A DNA stretch of 64,000 nucleotides from Anolis carolinensis (Eukaryota). The stretch covers positions 125,465,971 through 125,529,970 of the forward strand of contig NC_085843.1 of NCBI RefSeq assembly GCF_035594765.1, in the 5' to 3' direction. Below are positions 12,581-23,683 of the stretch, piece by piece (positions within the stretch are counted from its first letter, which is position 1; every line of letters starts with the position of its first letter). Below the pieces are notes generated by a model, which was not told the origin of the DNA, did no database searches, and saw only the letters and a list, made by a program, of their open reading frames with translations. Both the position numbers and the translations under genes were made by a program.

Positions 12581-12743
12581 CTAGACCAAGACAAAATTTT
12601 AACTATGTCTGTCTTATTGTATGTCTTTTAATAGTGTTTTATCTCTTGTTTTAATAATGTTGTATCCTGCCTCGAGCCCCAGGGAAAGGCAGGTAATAAT
12701 TCAGTGGTTGTTGTTGTTTTTGGAGGGAGAAAACTACATAACT

Positions 12744-13910
12744 ACAGGCGGTCCTCTATTTCCATAGGTTCTGCATCCATGGATTCAACCATTTTTAAAA
12801 AACCCAAAAAGGAAACCCTGATTTTCTGATATGCCAAGTACTATACTTATATGTAATCATACCCTGCTGTAGCCTCCTGCCATTTCATAGATCCTCAGGC
12901 TCTCTCCAGCGCTCATTTGAGTTATTTGTCATTTTTTACAGGGACACCACTTTATTATGTCACTGTATATAATGGGACTTGAGCATCCAGGTCTGTATTT
13001 GATTATCTATGCATTTTATCTCATCATTGTACTCTTGCATAGATATTTTAGAAAATTGTATTGATGGTTGATTGATATTATTAATTATTATAATACCTCT
13101 GTTTTATGTATTTTTTTGTTTTTATTTTGTTATATTGTAAGTTGTATGTATGTTGTTTTTACCTGATCATGTAGTTCTGAGAGAGACGTGGGTTTAAAAA
13201 GAATTTTCAAAGATACTTGTAATGACTATAAGTCCCATATGTTTTGATTGACCTAAGTTGCAAAAGGCCTGTGTTTGAGAAAAGGCCTGCGCTTGAGAGA
13301 AAATGCTGATGTTTGGGAAAAGAGTTGTTCCAGAGAAAAGAAGTTACTTTCAAATAATAACAATACATCAAGTCAGAACCGGTTCCCATAGGATTTCGAG
13401 TGTATACTTGCAACAAGTCAGGGTCAGTAACATGAAAGCACCATTGTCTAAAGAATTACATGTTGTTACAGCATAGAAACCAATGGGATTGCATGATGTT
13501 TAAGATGCTTGTGACGTAGACAACATTAGACAAATGGGATAAATGATCTTTATAAGCCAATAAGGATATTCTTGCTAATTTCTGTGAAGGTGATAAAACC
13601 CTTGCAACCATTTTGGAAATGTGGACAAATCCTTTGATTGCATGTATGCATGTATTTGTCACATTGCTATGGCCACGCAATAAATAGTTCTTTTGCAGTT
13701 TGAAGATCCAATTTTTTGTGGTGTTTTTACTCACCCTCTTCACAGAAAAGGGGCCTCCTGCTTTTGACTTTGCATTAAGAGGAGTATTTTTACATCTTTT
13801 ACATCCTTACCCCTTCCGTTTGGGCTTTGCCCCATGTAAGCCCCCCGAGTCCCCTTGGGGAGATGGTGGCAGGGTATAAATAAATTATTACTATTATTAT
13901 TATTATTATT

Positions 13911-13945
<35 letters not shown>

Positions 13946-14013
13946 TGGATTTTGGTATCTGCAGGGATGGCAGTGACCGAAAACCAAGTCCCAGTGGATA
14001 CAGTGGCCCATTG
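12744..14013. mobile_element. Tigger-like MITE interrupted by an L2 3' tail that itself contains an LTR-like insert
   Basis: MITE halves join at gagcatcca|tggattttggtatc. The insert ends in an L2 tail plus (TTA)n(TCA)n at ~13830-13945. Confidence 0.55.
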
Positions 14014-17000
14014 TACTCCCCTGGCTGTGACACTTTGCATGATTCTCCACTCTGCTGATGTTTATTTGAGGCCTACTAAGACCTGCAAACTTTGTATTTA
14101 AGTCTCACACATTTCCTCCCCTAAAGAATGAGGGGAATTGTAGTTGGCTATGGTTCTGAGAATGCTTTACAACAGAGGGAGGAAAGCGCTGTCTCCAGAT
14201 TTGGTTGATGATGAGTTCTGTCATTCCTGAATACTGGTCATGCTGATTGGGAATTGTGAGACTTAGCCCCTGCTGCAAAAGAAAGCCACAGCATCAGCTG
14301 TAGTGGATAGCAGGTCCAGTGTTTCCCAGAGAGAGAGAAGGACAGTTAACACAAATCAAATCTGTAGGGCCAGTAGGCCCTGAGAATGGCGAGCTCTGCC
14401 CTGCCTTTCAATCTGGCATGACTGGATCTCTTTAATTATTCCTATTCTGACGCACAAAGGCACCCCAACTGCCCTCAGAGTTAGTTCTCTGTGTGAGTCA
14501 TTGCCACTGCCAAACCAAAGAGATATGTCTGATGATTCCTACAGGAACAGAGTGGGTAATTCATTCTTGACACTCTTAGTCCCAGCCTGGCATTTGCTGA
14601 GAGCAAAGCTACGACAGATAAATTGTGACCACTGCACTACTCCATCCTAAACAAATCTTTAATACATGTGCCTCCTCTTTGTTTTCAAGTTTTGTTCTTC
14701 CTCTAAAATGATCTAATGGCTCCTTGTCTAAATTCAGGGCCAGGTGTCTTGCCCACCTTCTGACTATGCTCTGCATCTGGCAATTAGAGACCAAACTGCT
14801 GTGCTGGGGAAAACCAGAGACAGTTTGTCCTATCGGTTCAGTTGACTGATAGCAAAATTTGGGAAAGCATCAGATGTTCTGGGCTTTAGTTCGAACCTTC
14901 ACAAAGGGAGGTGCAGCTGGGAGGCAGACTGCTTTGAACAGTAGCCAAAGAAAAACATGGGAACTGTTTCATTACTTTAGTAAATAGGAGTCTCTTTTGC
15001 CCTACACTGTTCTTAGAACAGAAGATGAAAATAATCACCCAGGTGTACTGCAAAATATTCCTTCCATACATGTGCCAAAAGCTAGAGCCGCAATCTGTAA
15101 CTGATGCATCCTGATGGTGAACATCAAACATTTTGGAAATATCGTAAAGGCATGAAGACCCCATCTTCCACAGGGTATGAGCAGCACCCATTGTGTGAGT
15201 CTTGCTAAAGTTAGCAGATGTGATGGACAGGAAAACTGAAACTCAATCTATGCTTAAAATAGGGATGGAAATTTCCTAAGAACTATAAACTGTGTGTGTG
15301 ATGTTCAGTTACAATAGGAAAGAGTAGTCTGGATCTGGATAGTAATGTCCTTGGGGATTTTACCAGACACATTTTGTATTATTTATTAGAACTATCAGAG
15401 AACTTGGGTTTCCCCTCTTTTCTGAAAAATACAGATACACAGAAGTACATATACCGAGCAGAAAACCGTACTTTGAACCTCACAGTAGCTTCGGAGCCAT
15501 CAGCTGGAACCTTGCTTTGGAAGAACCAGTTTGACAAAAACTTCACCGCAGGGAATTTCTAAAACATGTTGCGTGGTAGGAAAAATTGGCCCTCAGAAAC
15601 CACCTTAACAAGACTTGGCCAAGGGAACAGAAATGCCAAATGCTGATTTCCACCCTATGGGACTGGAATGCTTCTAGTTTTTCAAGGTATTAGCATTTAT
15701 AAATATGGATTCAGGAAACTGTGGTTTAAAACAACCATCCAGTACATTTAGTTCACCAGCTGCATGCTGAGGTATGTATGTGTTTGCATGTGTGTGAGCG
15801 TGAGGTCCGAGTATCACTCGTGTGCAAAAGGAACTTGTTGCATCTTTGAGACTTACTGGGAGAATGAGGCTTTTGTAGGCTAGGTCTACTTTTTCAGATG
15901 TATGTACGTGTATGTAATTTGTTCTGCTTTCAAAGAAAGTAGTATATTTCTACTGTAAAGAATCTTGGTGACATAAGAATTTCTGGACTTGCCACACACA
16001 AAAAAGCTGGAAGTGGCTGGAAACCCACTTTAGTTTTTGAAGAACATGTACTTTTGTATACTGTAACTTATAAAAAGATTAATTTTCATCACCACCTGTG
16101 ATGAAAATTTGGGTTAGTTTGCTGAAGGAAGGCTATGGGTTAGTTTGCTGAAGGAAGGCTATGATCAGATTCCCGATGAAAGCATTGTTTCCAAAAGGTC
16201 TCCTGAATAAAGTAGCACTAGATCCTGGGTTGTTTTAATTGCTCTTTTATCCTTTAATTATATTTCATCTTTGTGGGTATAGTTTTAATGCTGTCAATAG
16301 TTTTGTCCCATTTTAATGTTCACCTTCTTTGGAATGTTTTTAGCTGGATTGCTTTTACATTGTAAGCCATCCTGAGCTTCAGTTTTGGGAGAAATAATAC
16401 CTTTCAGAGTTTGTGCTAACCAAGTAGTGGCTCAAGGATAAATGGTTTCTCCTCTGGTCCCAGCTTGTCACAGAGGACTTATACTAATGTTGTGCTTTCA
16501 AGTTACCACTTGAAGCAATTGCTTAACTATTTGAAATTGGCTGATTTATCTTAAATTGATCAATTCATATTCAAAAGCCAGGTACATAGCCAGGTCTGTT
16601 GTAATTTTTGATAATGACACAATTATCACCAAATTGGGAAAACTGGTTGTATGAGATCTGACTACACAGTTGGGTGTGCAGAGTTCAGCTACTTCTGGAC
16701 ACTGATGCAGTGGCTAAAGAGATTATGATCATGTTTAAGACAGCATATTTCAAATTAAGATGACCATGTATTCATGGCAACTGTATGGAGTGGTTATTGC
16801 ACACCATCCTTTTTTTACTTAGGACAGTAGCTGCTATCCAGTGTGTTAAGTGTTTGATTGCTTGTGGGAATTGCTTCCTCTCCTCGTTTCTCCTGCTGGA
16901 AACACTTCTGTCCAGTATAACTCTGACAGATTCCATTGTGTGGTTATGTATATTTGCCTTTCATTGTAGGTTTTAACCAGCAAGTTAAAGGCAGCTTGAC

Positions 17001-17110
17001 TTCATTTGCAGACTTTGCTGCTATAAGAGCCAGCTTTTAAAGAACGATGATTATGCAAATAATACTTATAACGCTTCTGTTTGTTTCTTTTAGTTCCTTC
17101 AGTTGGAAGA

Positions 17111-17584
17111 ATGGCCCGTGTCTTTGTCTATGGCACCCTGAAGAAAGGCCAGCCAAACAACCCACACATGATAAACGGTGCCCATGGGACATCCTTGTTC
17201 CAGGGAAGGGGACTCACAGTGGAGAAGTACCCCCTTGTGATTGCTGGAAAGTATAACGTTCCTTTTTTACTGAACAAGCCAGGAATAGGGCATCGGGTCT
17301 TGGGAGAAATCTATTCTGTGGACGACCAGATGTTGCAATTCCTGGATGAGTTTGAAAGTTGCCCAGATATGTATCAACGTACTTCAACGAAAATTAAGGT
17401 GATTGAATGGGAAGACAAAAGCAGTACACCTGAAGGGAGATCAGGTGTGAACAGCATCCTGGAATGCTGTGTGTATATCACCAGTACTTACCAGCCAGAG
17501 TGGGTACATCTCCCTTACTACGACAACTATGACTCCTTTGGGAAACACAAACTTGAGTATGTGATTCGAGAGTGCAGAAATTAA
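17111..17584 (+). CDS. GGACT: Gamma-glutamylamine cyclotransferase (A2LD1), 157 aa, single coding exon
   Basis: ATG at 17111 gives MARVFVYGTLKKGQPN...YPLVIAG...GEIYSVDDQMLQFLDEFESCP..YQR...YDS.G..L.Y..RE, matching vertebrate GGACT, including the VFVYGTLK loop and the catalytic Glu in FESCP. A polypyrimidine-AG acceptor at 17081-17093 lies just upstream, so the track's TTG start at 17081 is intronic. Adjacent to PCCA, as in mammals. Confidence 0.97.
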   Translation: MARVFVYGTLKKGQPNNPHMINGAHGTSLFQGRGLTVEKYPLVIAGKYNVPFLLNKPGIGHRVLGEIYSVDDQMLQFLDEFESCPDMYQRTSTKIKVIEWEDKSSTPEGRSGVNSILECCVYITSTYQPEWVHLPYYDNYDSFGKHKLEYVIRECRN

Positions 17585-17821
17585 AACTGGAAGATGAAGC
17601 TGTCCTTTAAAAGATAATATGAAGATATGGAGGAGTTGAATCGAATTGCCCATACTTTTTCCTGGAATACTTTTCACAGATGTTTTCAATTGTTGATGGT
17701 TTCAAATAGTCAGGTTTGCAAACACTAACTTGCCTAGTCATGCAAGCTAACTATAGTTAAGGAGTTTTCTGTTCTCTTGCTGTAATTATACTTTTTTTTT
17801 ACACAAGGGAAAGAGGAAATA

Positions 17822-18165
17822 CAGTGTTTCCTCACTACTTCGTGGTTCACTTTTCGTGGATTCGCTGTTTCGCGGTTTTTCAATAAACTCTAAAAGACGA
17901 TTATAAATAATAAAAAAATTAGAATTTACTGTCTAAGGGAGGGAGGGAGGAGAAGCCAAAGGAAGAAAAAAGGAGTCTAAGCAGAAACGGGAGGAGAAGG
18001 AGGCGATTTATCACCACACGATTGGTTGATAAAGACTTAAAATAGCGTATAACTACTAAAATAATGTATAAATATTAAAATAAATATAGTTCCCCTGCTT
18101 CGTGGATTTGCACTTATTGCGAGTGGTCCTGGAACCTAACCCCCGTGATAAGTGAGGGAACACTG
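17822..18165. mobile_element. Tc1/mariner-type MITE in the GGACT 3' region
   Basis: TIR CAGTGTTyCCTCACT; TA TSD; second copy at 38246. Confidence 0.9.
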
Positions 18166-18267
18166 TAGTGCCTATTTTTTAACCAGTATATGAGTGCAGG
18201 GGAGGGGGGATTCATTATAACTCATTATAAACTTTTTATTGCACAGCATTCTCATGGTATGTGTCTC

Positions 18268-18273
18268 AATAAA
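18268..18273 (+). terminator. Candidate GGACT polyadenylation signal
   Basis: First non-transposon AATAAA after the stop, followed ~22 nt later by a U/GU-rich tract (tttttgtgttatttt). Confidence 0.5.
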
Positions 18274-18562
18274 TATGCTCTTAATCTTAAAACAGTTTTT
18301 TGTGTTATTTTCTAGTCCTCATTTTAATTGGTTTTTAAAAAGGAATATTGAGCATGTAGTAGGAAGCAAACAACCCATCATCAGATATGTTGTCTGGAAG
18401 GATGGTAGTGTGAGAGTTCTATTACATTCTTGAGGCCATGCAGGAATCTGGGTCTTAAGAGTTAGATACTGATGCAGTAAAAGAGGGATGGAAGAGGAGA
18501 TGATGCCTGATTGCTAGATTCCTTGCAATGGCATCTATAAAACCATTTTGTTTTCTGATTAA

Positions 18563-18563
18563 T

Positions 18564-18596
<33 letters not shown>
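18563..18596. repeat. (ATCA)n microsatellite
   Basis: About 8 ATCA units. Confidence 0.9.
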
Positions 18597-18597
<1 letters not shown>

Positions 18598-19018
18598 TTC
18601 TCTCTCTCCAATGCTAGAAATTCGGGGATTGACGGAAAATGTTATGGTGATGAAAATTCTCAATTGGAGGGCCAATGCCATCATTCTTTCCACCTTCACA
18701 TCTACTAGTTATACCTTTGCAGCACAGATTAAAATCATGGTGTGCCTCCTTTGCCTAAACCCCCTCTACTCCTATCTGTATGTAGAAAACTTCTTGCTGT
18801 GCTAATTTCTGGAGGGAAATTTTACACCATTGGGATTGACAAACACTGCAGTATGGCACAGTTTACTCTATTGCTACTATCATCATAATCTTGCCCAAGG
18901 TGGCTTCCAATAACAATTAAAAAGAAAATGAAATTTAAAACAAAACCATGTAAAACAGATTTAAAAGCAAACAAAAGAATATCACACAAAAAAGCTTCCC
19001 TATAGAGGCATAGGTTAA

Positions 19019-19084
19019 TTTATTAAAGTTGTGAAGAAGCTGAATAATACACTTCACTTCTATGCCAAAAGGTTTCATTTTATT
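19019..19084 (-). terminator. Candidate PCCA polyadenylation signals (AATAAA at 19079-19084 and 19019-19024)
   Basis: TTTATT on + occurs ~260 and ~320 nt downstream of the PCCA stop. Which one is used is not testable from sequence. Confidence 0.55.
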
Positions 19085-19339
19085 GATTTGTTTCATACCA
19101 GTAGAATTGTTGAAGAGAATTACAAATCTCATATGTACAAGTATTTATAAAGGAGTGAAATCTGAGATCCAGAGGCAATTTCAAGGTGATCTCAATGGCC
19201 CCTCACCACTTGTGCAACATATTATTATTATTTAAAAGTCATAACAACACTTGGGTTTACATTATTCTTTTGATATTCATCTGTAGATGGCCTAAAAAAG
19301 GCGGTAGTCCAACTGTGGAAAAGTATGGAAGAAACGGTT

Positions 19340-19408
19340 TCATTCCAACTCCACCAGCTCATCTCCCTCCCCAACAGTTTCTCCAGCTTTGCAGTGCACA
19401 GCTTTCAC
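19340..19408 (-). CDS. PCCA: PCCA last coding exon (22 aa plus TGA)
   Basis: tag|GTG...GAA TGA. Translates to VKAVHCKAGETVGEGDELVELE*, the PCCA C-terminus, in frame with the two upstream exons. Confidence 0.96.
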   Translation of the reverse strand: MKAVHCKAGETVGEGDELVELE

Positions 19409-20417
19409 CTACAGCGAGAAAGAAGCAAGAGCGATTTGATTGTGAGAACTACTTTTGAATAAATATTTGGCCGGCTTTAAATTAAATTCTGCAATTTACA
19501 CAAAACCTAATAATTAGGTTAGTGTAAAGAACTGTACAAATTTTATGCAGTCTTTCATTCTGTGCTCCAAGCCCTTAAACTTGTTTTAAAATGTCTCCCA
19601 GTGCCCATATTTCTGCAACATGCAAGCCCTCCAACCTCTTCACTGCTAAAGAAACGGCAAAGGTTTAAATTCAAATTCACACATCACATGAAAGGTCAAT
19701 ATTATTGAAATATGCACTCTGGAAACCAGGTCTGAATCCCTCATCAGCCATAGAGACCTTAGCCTCATAGGAAGGCAATGACAAACCTCTGTATAAGTCT
19801 TGCCAATTCACTTTTATGTGCCATAAAGTAGAAATCCTGTAAAGGCTCTAAATAACAACATGTCAAGCTTCACAGATAAGAAACAGGCCCAGAATCCACT
19901 AAGTAACTTACAAATGTGTAATCTAGAACAAGGCATTTGTGACTCTTTTGTATTCACAATCTCTATGGATTTCCTAGTCTAGGAGATACACAGGGACCAT
20001 GTCAATCAAGAAGCAGCTAACATTCTGCTGTATGAGTTATATTTGGTATTGCAAGTGGGACACTGTTTCTGACTGTTGCACTGGAGACCATTTATGAAAG
20101 AGAATGGGACTGTCAGTCAGCTGCTTCCTGGTCAAAAGGGGAACAGACTTCTGACAACTGAAGCAGCTGCTGCCCAGTAAGTGGAAACTGGGAGGGCTGT
20201 GGCAGGAGTCAGTACATAGCTACATTGGTGGTTATGGATTCATAACTACTCAAATGAATTCTAGTCGATGTTATTCAAAATAATAAGAATATAACTTTTT
20301 GGAAAAACAGCTGCAGTTATTCTAAGAATATATTTTTGCAAAAAAGAAGAGGAAAAATATCTGCAATTATCATAACTACACTTTTTAGAATTTTATGACT
20401 AGTTCTATATGCTAGTA

Positions 20418-20552
20418 CAGTGGTTCTCAACCTGTGGGTCCCCAGGTGTTTTGGCCTACAACTTCCAGGAATCCCAGGTGGTTTACCAGATGTTAGGATT
20501 TCTGGGAGTTGAAGGCCAAAACATCTGGGGACCCACAGGTTGAGAACCACTG
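20418..20552. mobile_element. Palindromic hAT (Charlie-type) MITE
   Basis: Long TIR CAGTGGTTCTCAACCTGTGGGTCCCCAG; 8-bp flanks tgctagta / tactagtg. A half copy sits at 40482-40562. Confidence 0.88.
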
Positions 20553-21458
20553 TACTAGTGAGTCAGACCAAAGGTGGAAAACCCTCAGCTTGAGGAAAGA
20601 TAGAACTTTTATACATGGGCAAAATAAAAAGAATAACTCTTCTATATAAACTCTAGGCCATCTTTCCTAACTTGTGGTCTACTGATCCAATTTAGAAACA
20701 ATAACTGTGAAAATATAATCTCATGATTTCTGAGATCCAATACAAGATATTTAAAACAGGATTGAATCCAGATGCTGTCGGAGAAGATAGTGTAAAAATC
20801 CTCCCTTCCTGGGAAGCAGCCACTTGATGGGAGGGCTATTTCCCTGCTGGGAAGTAGCTAAAGTTATTACTATTCCTTTCCTGCGAGAAATCTCTAGTGT
20901 GGCATGCAAAACAGGGCCCCTGTTGCAATTCCTTCTTGCACCAGCTAGCTGCCTCTCAATGGACAAAGGAACCAATCCCCGTTGATTGCAACACAGTTAC
21001 TTCCACAGTTCTTCCCTATACAAGCCCTAATCTAGAGGCTACATAGGGATTGTGCATATAGAACGATCACAAATGCATAACTCTAGGTTACACATTCATA
21101 ACTACCATAGAGAACTCCAGCTGATTAATTTAATCTGATTTCACTGAAATCTCACAGATTTCAATAGGTTTATGGTTGAGTTTGGATTCAAAGCTGTATT
21201 AAATTGTGTCCTAGATCTATATCAGGAAAAACAATGGCAGCTAGAATAAAATCCATTTTGGGCCACTGCTAAACAGTTATGTATTTAAAACAACCACAAC
21301 AACACAGTTTCAGAATGGTACCATGTGGTTCAAAATTGATGTCAACCTTAACAACGTCTGAAAAATATTTTTATATTTTCTTTTAAAATGAAGCTTCTGT
21401 GGTATTTGGTGTCACAAGGCTTCTGTAATAGAACTAAACTACATGACAGAAATTATAC

Positions 21459-21536
21459 CTTGCCAGTTTTTGCTGCAACCAAACTGTTCTGCATTTTCAT
21501 AGCTTCAATGACACAGATCTCTTGACCTTCTGCGAC
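21459..21536 (-). CDS. PCCA: PCCA penultimate coding exon (78 bp), contains the biotinylated lysine
   Basis: cag|GTC...AAG|gtataa. Translates to [26 protein letters not shown] with the canonical EAMKM biotin-attachment motif. Confidence 0.97.
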
Positions 21537-21917
21537 CTGGCAAAAGCAAAAACATTACATTAAAATATTGACTTTTTAAAAAATGTCCGCTGAGAACATT
21601 TGTACTCACCCACTACAGCATATACAAAAACGAAAATCAAAGACCTATGAACAATGATTCTCTTCTCTGTAACATTTTTCAAAACCCATATAACTACATC
21701 TGCTTAGTTTTTCTTAATCTCCAATCCCTTCTATGTTATTATGTATGATAAACGCCCCTGCCCTATATGCTTCAACACATAAACATGACATGGGAAAATA
21801 CCAGAACGTTCTGAGAAATATATAGAAAACAAAGTAAAAACCACACACACATTTCAAAATTTAAACTACAGTGTAGGATCTACAAGTAATATGATATGTA
21901 TGAAATAAATTACAGAA

Positions 21918-22492
21918 TGGCTCTATACTGGCTGCCAGTCTGCTACCGAACACAATTCAAAGTGCTGGCTTTAGCCTATAAAACCCCAAACGGTTCTACC
22001 CCAGCTTACCTGTCTGAACGTATCTTCCCCTATAAACCATCTCAAAGATTAAAATCATTTGTGGAGGCCCTGCAGGCGTGACTGGTGGGGACGAGAGACA
22101 GTGCCTTCTCAGTGGTGGGCCCTCAGCTGTGGAACTCCCTTCCCAGTCACATTAAATCGCCTCCTCCCTCCTGGTCTCCAGAAAGAAAGTGAAAACATGG
22201 CTTTGGGAAAAAGCCTTCAGAGAATAATTGTAGTACAATAATAGATATGGATTATGTGCCATGACTACTCAAATGGCCCCGGATTATGACTGTGGACAGT
22301 GTGATTTTTAACAGTAAATATAATGTTTAAATGTTTTAATGTGCATCAATTTTAATTCCTAATTCAAATCTTTTAACTGTACGTTGTTTTAAGGCATTGA
22401 ATAGTTACCTATATGTGAAGCTGCTTTGAGTCCCCTTCGAGGTTGAGAAAGGTGAGGTATAAATAGGGTAAATACATAAATAAAAAATAAAT
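21918..22492 (+). mobile_element. L2 LINE 3' fragment
   Basis: LYWLPVCYRTQFKVL.LAYK motif, followed by a gagtcccc...ggtataaat..(AAAT)n tail. Confidence 0.85.
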
Positions 22493-22562
22493 ATACAACA
22501 TGTAGTCTCAATCCAGAATGTCACACTATAACCTAGCCTTCCCCATCAGGTGTTCTCTAGAT

Positions 22563-23000
22563 CAAAGCTTATTAAATTGTGGGTCGCAACCCCAAATGGG
22601 GTTGCCATAACTTTATGTTAGGGTCATGACAAATTTCTGAGAGGGTGGGACCAACAGGAAGGAGGCAAGGGAGGGAGAAGGGAGGGAAGAGGCATCCTCT
22701 TTTGAGCCCGTTTCTCCCCAGAACCCTATTGCCTTTACTTGCCATAAAGAGAAAAATGGGAGGCGGCAAGGAGGATGGAGGGCTTCGTTGAGGACCCCGG
22801 CCTTGAGGTGTGTGGCGTGGAGGCGGGATGTGCCCCTCCCACCTGTGAGTGTGTCAGGATCTTCCCTTCCCATCTTGGGAGTTGGGTTTTTCCCTTTTCC
22901 TTTCCATCTTGGGAATTGGGGGGGGGGGGGTGTCTCTCTTCTCATCTTGGGTGTCTTAGAAAAAACAGGGTCATGAACTGAAAAAGTTTAAGAAGTCCTG
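22563..23000. mobile_element. Non-autonomous hAT (Charlie-type) element
   Basis: Perfect 8-bp TSD CTCTAGAT (22555-22562 and 23001-23008); degenerate CAGGGCTTCTTAAACT-type TIRs. Confidence 0.88.
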
Positions 23001-23358
23001 CTCTAGATGTTTCATAATGTGATTTCCAGGACTGCAACTGCTGACTCCTTGGAAAGCTGATACGTAAAATATCTGGAGGCATCAAGCTAGGAAAAGCTGC
23101 AATAACCCATCTTCCATGAAAACATCTACATGTGTTCCTTAAATGAACCTGCTGGCAAGGATCTGTATGCAAATGATACAAAGACTTGGGGAAAGAGAAT
23201 TAGATGGGCCTCACCACTGAGTTCGCCATGCTCCGCTCCAGACAGCTTTGTCTGAAGACTCAACCAACCTAGCATGGATTTGAATGTAACTCTATTGATA
23301 TTTGTGGGTTGAATAAAGTACCTACACTGATCTCTGACTTGTGTGACCACCATATATA

Positions 23359-23683
23359 AAAGGTAAAGGTTTTCCCCTGACGATAAGTCCAGTTGTGACC
23401 GACTCTAGGGGTTGGTGCTCATCTCCATTTCTAAGCCGAAGAGCAGGCGTTGTCCGTAGACACCTCCAAGGTCATGTGGCCGGCATGACTGCATGGAGCG
23501 CCGTTACCTTCCCGCCGGAGCGGTACCTATTGATCTACTCACATTTGCATGTTTTCGAACTGCTAGGTTGGCAGGAGCTGGGGCTAACAGCGGGCGCTCA
23601 TTCCGCTCCCGGGATTTGAACCTGGCACCTTTTGGTCCACAAGTTCAGCAGCTCAGTGCTTTAACGCACTGTGCCACCAGGGG
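23359..23683 (-). mobile_element. Sauria SINE, full length
   Basis: (ACCTTT)n tail, tRNA-like head, 11-bp TSD CACCATATATA (23348 and 23684). Confidence 0.93.

Noticed and set aside
13740-14058. Poly-D/N/M/I/S ORFs
   Set aside because: They are translations of the (TTA)n(TCA)n microsatellite.
1-17000. TMTC4 3' exons expected by synteny
   Set aside because: No TPR-like coding exon was recognised by eye; the gene probably lies left of the window.
17081-17110. 10-aa N-terminal extension of GGACT in the ORF track
   Set aside because: It starts at TTG inside the polypyrimidine tract; homology begins at ATG 17111.
19186-19458. Plus-strand ORFs overlapping PCCA exons (also 35119-35325)
   Set aside because: They are antisense shadows of real coding exons.
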